This document shows, one piece after another, positions 58,079 through 64,000 of a stretch of 64,000 nucleotides of DNA. The translations under genes and the position numbers were made by a program. Source of the DNA: a virus; the IMG/VR virus record IMGVR_UViG_3300017987_000071, positions 1 to 64,000 of that record. One strand, 5' to 3'. The notes under the pieces are model-generated. The model made no database searches, was not told the DNA's origin, and saw only the letters and a program-made list of their open reading frames with translations. The first letter of the stretch is position 1; each line of letters begins with the position of its first letter.

Positions 58079-58800
58079 ATTGCTAACAACCTATCTGCTC
58101 CTACAACCGGAAAGCGATCCAAGGGTATCATAGTTTTACGTGGCAACGCTTTGCGAATCCGCTTACCAACAACCTTGCCCTTTTGCTGCATACGCCGATA
58201 GGCTTGAGTCTTAGTGACATCAATCTCCACTTCCTTATAAGGGTAATACACCGAAATGCGCATCCCAACCTTAGAATGTACCGACAAAAACTTAACCAAG
58301 GCAGCGGCAACCATCCGCACAAACCCTACCGTATCATCACACAATTCAGTTGCCATCTTGGGGGTTAACGCAAACGACCGTCGAAGATGAGGAGTAATCA
58401 CCCAACGATGATACAACCTTACCAACGAATCCCTAGCAGTATCCCACAAACGAAAGCGAGACGACAACAAGTCTCTGACTCCACCACTCCTAATATACAC
58501 AACACAACGCACCCCCAAACTCTCTTCAAGATGCGCAACTAAAGGATCAGCAACAGCCTTAAGAAACTGAGTACAAAGGCCAGCCAAGTACGGACCTCTA
58601 CGACCAGGTGGCATAGTACTACCCCACTCCCTTACAATACCCACCAACTCATCAACATAATTGGGGGGTAACGCAGAAAGGGCGTCCTCTCCATCATCAA
58701 TCATAACCTCTTTTGCATAAAAGAATCGACGACGGCGGACGCCCTCTATACCTTCCTGTAACAACGAACCAAACACTGCAATATCTTCATGCATGGACAT
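58075..58800 (-). CDS. Hypothetical helical protein
   Basis: Long ORF with triplicated SD. Confidence 0.55.
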   Translation of the reverse strand: MSMHEDIAVFGSLLQEGIEGVRRRRFFYAKEVMIDDGEDALSALPPNYVDELVGIVREWGSTMPPGRRGPYLAGLCTQFLKAVADPLVAHLEESLGVRCVVYIRSGGVRDLLSSRFRLWDTARDSLVRLYHRWVITPHLRRSFALTPKMATELCDDTVGFVRMVAAALVKFLSVHSKVGMRISVYYPYKEVEIDVTKTQAYRRMQQKGKVVGKRIRKALPRKTMIPLDRFPVVGADRLLAI

Positions 58801-58830
58801 CTTATTCTCCTTATTCTCCTTATTCTCCTA
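58801..58830 (-). repeat. Triplicated 9-bp unit carrying a Shine-Dalgarno sequence
   Basis: Minus strand reads TAG-GAGAATAAG-GAGAATAAG-GAGAATAAG-ATG. Confidence 0.9.
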
Positions 58831-58836
58831 AAAAAC

Positions 58837-59676
58837 CTACACTGCATAACAATCTTTCTCCGTCAACGGGGGTCGTCCCCGCAACCGTCTAAAATAATTC
58901 CTACACTTAATTTCCTCAGCAAAACCCGGCACATCCCGATTAACCTTTGTAGGATGAAATACCCGCAGTCCCTTAGCAAGAAACCGCTGGTACCCCAACG
59001 AAGTCCGCCAAGCAAAATACCCCAAGTCTCTACATGACTCTATGCCAAACCCAGCACAACGAACTAGCAATGCTAACCAGGGATCATCTGCAAGGTCTAT
59101 CTTACCTCTAATATCTCTATAAGGATCATCAAGAAACTTATGCTCACGCAAACCCTGCACGCCTTGCTTTGTTAACCACATAAAGCAACCTAGCACACTT
59201 TCGCCAGGTGTATATGTATTTGGCACATCCAATATCTTGGTGACTTCCTCACGACTTTTGTAATACCGACTACGCCAGTTTGCTGAGTCACCAACGTAGC
59301 CCCCAGCAAGTCCGATATCCGTATCAGCATAACGTTCCAAAAGCAAAGTATCTATACCCCTTGCTATAAAATAAGTATCGTAGTCTATTGATACCAACGC
59401 ATCATAAGTGTATTGCTTATCCACCCACTTTATAGTATCTGCCAACAAACCATAAAGGCCGCTGCCCCAACCCCACTGCTGCTGAGAGCAAAAAACTTCC
59501 ACCTGTGGAAAGCGTTCAAGGGTAGGCAAGCGAACTGCTGGATTATTGTCTATAGACAAAACGACCAACGGCATGCTTAAGCAGTATGTAAAAACTGTCT
59601 CAACGGTATCTAGCACTAGCATCGGCCACTGATGACACCGCAAAACTACAACCAACGGAAAATGTTTACGTCCCAC
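58837..59676 (-). CDS. GT-A-fold glycosyltransferase-like protein
   Basis: VVVL, IDNN, WGWG.G, YD....IDYD (DxD), ADD. Confidence 0.6.
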   Translation of the reverse strand: MGRKHFPLVVVLRCHQWPMLVLDTVETVFTYCLSMPLVVLSIDNNPAVRLPTLERFPQVEVFCSQQQWGWGSGLYGLLADTIKWVDKQYTYDALVSIDYDTYFIARGIDTLLLERYADTDIGLAGGYVGDSANWRSRYYKSREEVTKILDVPNTYTPGESVLGCFMWLTKQGVQGLREHKFLDDPYRDIRGKIDLADDPWLALLVRCAGFGIESCRDLGYFAWRTSLGYQRFLAKGLRVFHPTKVNRDVPGFAEEIKCRNYFRRLRGRPPLTEKDCYAV

Positions 59677-59690
59677 TATAACGTCTCCCG

Positions 59691-59945
59691 CTATTTATCT
59701 AACTTCGCCTCCAGTCGATCCAACCTACGTGTTAACTCATTCAAGGATGCAAGCATACACCCTAAAGGATCACTAACATCCTCAGACACAGAAGCATCCT
59801 TCGTTAATTTCTTCTTAGCCACTAGCAACGGGCAAATTATACTCCCATTAGTGCGTTTATCCAGCACATACTTCGCAAAACGAAAGGCAGCGGTCACCAC
59901 TAAAGCAATCAAAGTAACAGTAGTTAACCCGACCTGTTGCTCCAT
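59691..59945 (-). CDS. Single-TM protein with C-terminal coiled coil (holin-like)
   Basis: N-terminal TM; LTRRLDRLEAKLD. Confidence 0.4.
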   Translation of the reverse strand: MEQQVGLTTVTLIALVVTAAFRFAKYVLDKRTNGSIICPLLVAKKKLTKDASVSEDVSDPLGCMLASLNELTRRLDRLEAKLDK

Positions 59946-60018
59946 ACTTTCTCCTTTATGTAACGATAAGTAGACTCCATCAAATCAACTAACGAATACA
60001 CCGCCACAAACAAGGATG

Positions 60019-60984
60019 CTACAGCAAACACGGCTTCCATAATGACTCCTCGTATAACCAGGTTCTCAATTCCTTATCAAAAACACCAGGTCCCTTAGCA
60101 AGCACCCCTATACCAGCATCATGCACCGCCTTAGCAATCACAATACCTAAAGAAATGCCAAACACCGCCTCCAAAGCTATACCAGTAGCACCCAATAGTG
60201 AAGCAATAAATTTCATCATAGCAGGAAACCACATGTATGGACTAATTGGTGTAAAAGGGGGGACCAACATCAACACACCAATTACCATTAACAGTGGACT
60301 CTTATGAAACCGTAAAAATAGAAGATTAACTACCCGCTTAGCCAAGCCAACTATAAAACGCCAAAGCGCTCGCAATATCCCATAAATTGCAGAGCCAATC
60401 TTCCCAATAATTGACCCTTTCACCTTTACCTCTAATTCCTGCTCAAGACGCTTTTGCTCCTGCTCCAAAGTACGTAATGAATGCTTCACAGCAGCAAGCA
60501 ACGCCCTAACAATTTCGTCTGGAGAAGCATCATTCGGCAAATTCAAACCTTGCTTAAACTCATTAGTAAAGATGAATCTTTGCAAAAACTCAGCAGCGTC
60601 TTGCTTAGTACGCAAATCAGGAACACCCATATCCTTCAAGGTCTTCTCCACAGCACGCTCGACCTCAACAGCAGCGCCCTCCAAAAGAAGCACTTCCTCA
60701 ACGAGATTGTTCAACGAATATTCGCCATGCACCACAGCATTAACTGCTTCTCGCAAACTCTTCTCGTAACTTGTTTCATATAAAAAATCTGCTTGCATAA
60801 CCGATTCCTGTAACGAATACCCGTAAAACCTACAGCGCTTAGTAAGTTCTGGCAAGGCAGAAGCATCATCAACTTCAACAAAATCCTTGCCTGTGATGGG
60901 GTCTGCCCGCAATCGCACAGGCAAACCAGCAACTACCGAACTAAGCGAAGCCGTAGGCTCCACAGGTACAACCTGAAGAACCAT
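60019..60984 (-). CDS. Tag-bearing protein with C-terminal TM helices
   Basis: LREAVNAVVHGEYSLNNLVEEVLLLE; IIGKIGSAI; TM segments. Confidence 0.6.
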   Translation of the reverse strand: MVLQVVPVEPTASLSSVVAGLPVRLRADPITGKDFVEVDDASALPELTKRCRFYGYSLQESVMQADFLYETSYEKSLREAVNAVVHGEYSLNNLVEEVLLLEGAAVEVERAVEKTLKDMGVPDLRTKQDAAEFLQRFIFTNEFKQGLNLPNDASPDEIVRALLAAVKHSLRTLEQEQKRLEQELEVKVKGSIIGKIGSAIYGILRALWRFIVGLAKRVVNLLFLRFHKSPLLMVIGVLMLVPPFTPISPYMWFPAMMKFIASLLGATGIALEAVFGISLGIVIAKAVHDAGIGVLAKGPGVFDKELRTWLYEESLWKPCLL

Positions 60985-60985
60985 C

Positions 60986-62197
60986 CTAGAACCTGCTAGT
61001 TTCAGCAATCAATTGGCGCACAGCAAGAGAAGGATTAACACCACGCATAACTTTTCTAACAGCACTTTCTACCGCTGTTTTCTTCATATCAGCACCCGCA
61101 GGCAACGGTTGCTCACCTTCTACCTCTCTACCAGCAGAAGTTGACGCAGGATCATCCTTATCAAGAGGATCAGTTGTCTGCTCAGGACCCGGCACTGCGG
61201 TAGTAGTTTTAGGGTCAACAGCTTGATTATCCCCACCACCCTTAGTAGTCAATTCGTCAGCAGTAGGCGCAATAGGTGTCTTAGCACCCTCGTCCTCACC
61301 AAGCCAATAACCATCCCAATCATTTAAAGATTCCATCTCTGGTTCATCCTCCTCATCCTCTTCGGGGGGCAACTCTGGTTCTGGTTCTTCATCAGGTTCC
61401 TTATCATCAACTGGGTCTTCCTCTTCCCAAATTACAGAATTCAAATAGTCCACATAGGACTCCTTCTTACAATCCTCCCCCTTTACATCCTTCTTACTTG
61501 CCTTCTTTTTCTTCTCTTCCTCTGCCTTAGTTGCCTCTGACTTCACCTCAAAAAGCCCATTGTAAATTGAATGTGACTCCACAGCAGCAATGCCTGGAGT
61601 AGTTGACGTTGTAGTAACCACAGAAGGAGTAGTTATCATTGGCGCTGTAGGCTCCTCATCTGGAACAACAGGCGCATCAACTTCATCACCAACCTTGGAA
61701 AGGTCCCCAGGGTGAGTGCTAACTACATTCTGCTCTGATGTAGGCATTACTACACCGTCAACTACTCCATGCGTATGAGTATAACTCTGTGGACCTGTAG
61801 CTGGATCGGTAGTACCATCACCATCCATATCAAGGTCAACATAATGAGTATGTCCATCAGCAGGATCAGGAGAAGTCACATAACGAGTAGTCACAACGTC
61901 AGGCAAAGTCTCTTCAAGTAAATAAGGAGACCTTGCAAAAAAAGACTCTTTCTTTTGACTGCCATTTACAGCAGCAGCAGTAACAGGAGTAGCGCCAACT
62001 TCGGGTGGAGCAGCCCCCTCCTTTTGAACTTGGTCTGTTGTCAATAGTACGATCTGGTCGTTGAACGGACCACTGCTAACACATTTCACCTTTAACTGGG
62101 TAGCCTCAGCGCCCTCTTCTCCTACTTCCACAACAGAACCTCTCAACTGCAAACCGTCCTTATTAGTCCACAGTACAGAATCACCAACGTTTATCAT
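60986..62197 (-). CDS. Acidic low-complexity prohead-core-like protein with HTH repeats and C-terminal tag
   Basis: KOW-like N-terminus, DGHTH...THTH, several xxES sites, AVESAVRKVMRGVNPSLAVRQLI. Confidence 0.6.
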   Translation of the reverse strand: MINVGDSVLWTNKDGLQLRGSVVEVGEEGAEATQLKVKCVSSGPFNDQIVLLTTDQVQKEGAAPPEVGATPVTAAAVNGSQKKESFFARSPYLLEETLPDVVTTRYVTSPDPADGHTHYVDLDMDGDGTTDPATGPQSYTHTHGVVDGVVMPTSEQNVVSTHPGDLSKVGDEVDAPVVPDEEPTAPMITTPSVVTTTSTTPGIAAVESHSIYNGLFEVKSEATKAEEEKKKKASKKDVKGEDCKKESYVDYLNSVIWEEEDPVDDKEPDEEPEPELPPEEDEEDEPEMESLNDWDGYWLGEDEGAKTPIAPTADELTTKGGGDNQAVDPKTTTAVPGPEQTTDPLDKDDPASTSAGREVEGEQPLPAGADMKKTAVESAVRKVMRGVNPSLAVRQLIAETSRF

Positions 62198-62207
62198 TGA
62201 TAGTCTC

Positions 62208-63998
62208 CTATCTTAAACCAAATCGTGATCTCAGATGATGCCTTGAAACGACAGGCGCTTGCTTCTTCAAAGTTGCAACCGCAGCCCGCACAGCATCAGG
62301 CGCCACCTTCTTAAACATCTTATTGATAAGCGCATCTCTACGCTTCTTTAAATAATCCTCAAACTCTCTACGCTGCTGGTCTAAAGCAGCAAAACCCAAC
62401 TGAGCAGGGGGCACACCAAATTCATATTCCCCCATACTCTTATTTACCATAGCATCAGCCAACTTGCTTGAAACAAGTTCCAAAATAGATGGATACTTAC
62501 CCATCGTTGTCACACGCGAAACAGTACCCCCGGAACTAAATGCTTGCTTAAGAAAACCAGCAGCACGCTTATCCTTAACGTTAATCATCTTAATGCGATT
62601 AGATGCTATATCCACACCTTGAACTCTCCCACGAATCAATTCCCCTTGCATAAACTCTGTCATCTTAAACGGATAAAGCAAAAGATAGTAAACCAACGAA
62701 TCTATATCCTTCCCTTTAGCTTCATCTGTCAACAACCTTGCACCCTTAAGTACTCGAATCACAGAGCGAAACATATTGAATGTTGGATTATTAGCACGAC
62801 CAACAATATTCTTTAAATCCCCACCCTTCATTCTCTTAATTATCTTATCAACCTTATTCTTGTCCACTGCTTGTGCTAATCCCAACTGCCCACGAAGAAC
62901 AATAGACCTATTAAACGCATTACCTTTAGTCTGAACATGATACAATTTAGCATCCGCTGCGGAGGGGTCCCCAGATAAATACCAGTCTATTGCACTAGGA
63001 TAAATAGTTGGTCGCAATCTAGGTTGGTCAGAATAGGCTAACTCTGCTTTAATCTCCCCTAAAAGCTTCTCCTCCCCAGACCAATCCTGCTCCACGACCT
63101 CCACAAATAAAAAATGCCCAACCGCTTCATCCACTTCCTGTTTCAACAAAGGATGTGTAGCCAAATGACCTGATATCTTCTTCTTCAACACATAAGCAAC
63201 CTGATCCTTATTCTTTAGCAGAATTGCATTACCCCGCACAGCAGCATCTCGCCTATCCTTTACAACTTCAGCAGAATGCTTACTAAAGTCAGCACCAGCA
63301 ACATCACGCAACCTATCCTCAACCTCACGATATTGTGGACTACCAGGGGTTGTCCGCCGCATAAAATCCTTCAACTCCCCAATTTTTTGTTTACGCTCCT
63401 TTGCTTGACGCTTAGCTACCTTTGACACTTGCTTCTTACCACCTGAAGTCGTTGGGTCAATCTCAGCAGAGCGTAATAACTGTACATCACTATCATGACT
63501 CAAGTTAACCTTAGTGCATAATACATCGGACTGATAACCATAAGTGTTCACCAAATGAACTCTTAAGTCATCTACCGTTTTCAGTGTCTCACCTTTTCCA
63601 AAAATCGTATGAATCACGATATCATCCATTTGACTAAATACTGTTTTAAAAGATGGAGAGCCACACAGATCGCCAAAGCCAATCTGCCAAGGGTCTTTTG
63701 GCAACTTCTGTTTAAGCAAAGTTACCAACATACGAGCTTCATCGTCTTCCTGATCTGGCAAATCAACTAACCTACTACGAGCAAGTCTAATCTGCTCTTC
63801 CAATTGAGAGTTTAAACTCTCAATTACCAGCAGAGTCTCCTCCCCATTCTTAAACAACTCATGATAAAAACTCCGCAGATTTGCTAACTTTCCCCTATCA
63901 TACTCTTTGACAAAAAACCCACCAACACCGAGCAAACGACGAGCTTTCCCGCCTATAACATCCCCTTTATCTTGGTTATCAAAAACATCCTTAGCCAA
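62208..63998 (-). CDS. Large hypothetical protein, probably 5'-truncated by the window end
   Basis: Frame is open to the window edge; TTG start is arbitrary. Confidence 0.6.
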   Translation of the reverse strand: MAKDVFDNQDKGDVIGGKARRLLGVGGFFVKEYDRGKLANLRSFYHELFKNGEETLLVIESLNSQLEEQIRLARSRLVDLPDQEDDEARMLVTLLKQKLPKDPWQIGFGDLCGSPSFKTVFSQMDDIVIHTIFGKGETLKTVDDLRVHLVNTYGYQSDVLCTKVNLSHDSDVQLLRSAEIDPTTSGGKKQVSKVAKRQAKERKQKIGELKDFMRRTTPGSPQYREVEDRLRDVAGADFSKHSAEVVKDRRDAAVRGNAILLKNKDQVAYVLKKKISGHLATHPLLKQEVDEAVGHFLFVEVVEQDWSGEEKLLGEIKAELAYSDQPRLRPTIYPSAIDWYLSGDPSAADAKLYHVQTKGNAFNRSIVLRGQLGLAQAVDKNKVDKIIKRMKGGDLKNIVGRANNPTFNMFRSVIRVLKGARLLTDEAKGKDIDSLVYYLLLYPFKMTEFMQGELIRGRVQGVDIASNRIKMINVKDKRAAGFLKQAFSSGGTVSRVTTMGKYPSILELVSSKLADAMVNKSMGEYEFGVPPAQLGFAALDQQRREFEDYLKKRRDALINKMFKKVAPDAVRAAVATLKKQAPVVSRHHLRSRFGLR

Positions 63999-64000
63999 AC

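Noticed and set aside
58075-58800. Sixth member of the DIEAIYVLEPW family
   Set aside because: Only faint resemblance (EDIA, YPY); it lacks the conserved blocks and the tag.
528-62816. Plus-strand ORFs in the track (e.g. 42019-42912, 24028-24567, 52576-53151)
   Set aside because: They are antisense shadows of well-supported minus-strand genes and have no recognisable motifs.
1-64000. CRISPR array, tRNA or rRNA genes
   Set aside because: No regularly spaced repeats or cloverleaf seen by eye, and intergenic gaps are short; a tRNAscan run could still find something I missed.
1-64000. Stop-codon reassignment
   Set aside because: Conserved genes are full length under code 11, and TAA, TAG and TGA all end genes.

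Overview
This 64-kb window is from a large myovirus with a T4-like (Tevenvirinae-like) morphogenesis module. Essentially all credible genes are on the minus strand, tightly packed, with GGAGG Shine-Dalgarno sites, stop/start overlaps and the standard genetic code. Positions 1-21 kb carry baseplate, spike, hub, tape measure, chaperones, tube, sheath, neck, a gp23-type major capsid protein and a gp21-type prohead protease fused to a scaffold-like tail. No portal or terminase is recognisable here. Positions 21-64 kb are an accessory region. It holds a glycan-building kit (6 glycosyltransferases including 2 GT9-like, GmhA, an HldC-type heptose adenylyltransferase, 4 small-molecule methyltransferases, 2 sulfotransferases, a radical SAM enzyme), nucleotide and DNA genes (dNK, TK, DNA MTase, beta clamp), a metacaspase, an Acb1-like 2H phosphoesterase and many small Zn-ribbon proteins. 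The main candidate novel system is a ~25-aa peptide (consensus about S/A-V/I-D-x-I/V-L/V-E-G-x-S/N-P-x-x-x-A-x-x-L-V). It recurs in about 16 proteins, mostly unrelated to each other, at either terminus, and is usually separated from the cargo by a Glu site resembling the T4 gp21 cleavage consensus. I interpret it as a cleavable capsid-loading tag for an injected cargo set. That set includes a 5-member paralog family with conserved ends and a hypervariable core, and several predicted membrane-active proteins. A second recurring motif (C-x3-C-x3-C, SCIFF-like) is linked to both sulfotransferases. All functional calls come from motif recognition by eye; no searches were run.
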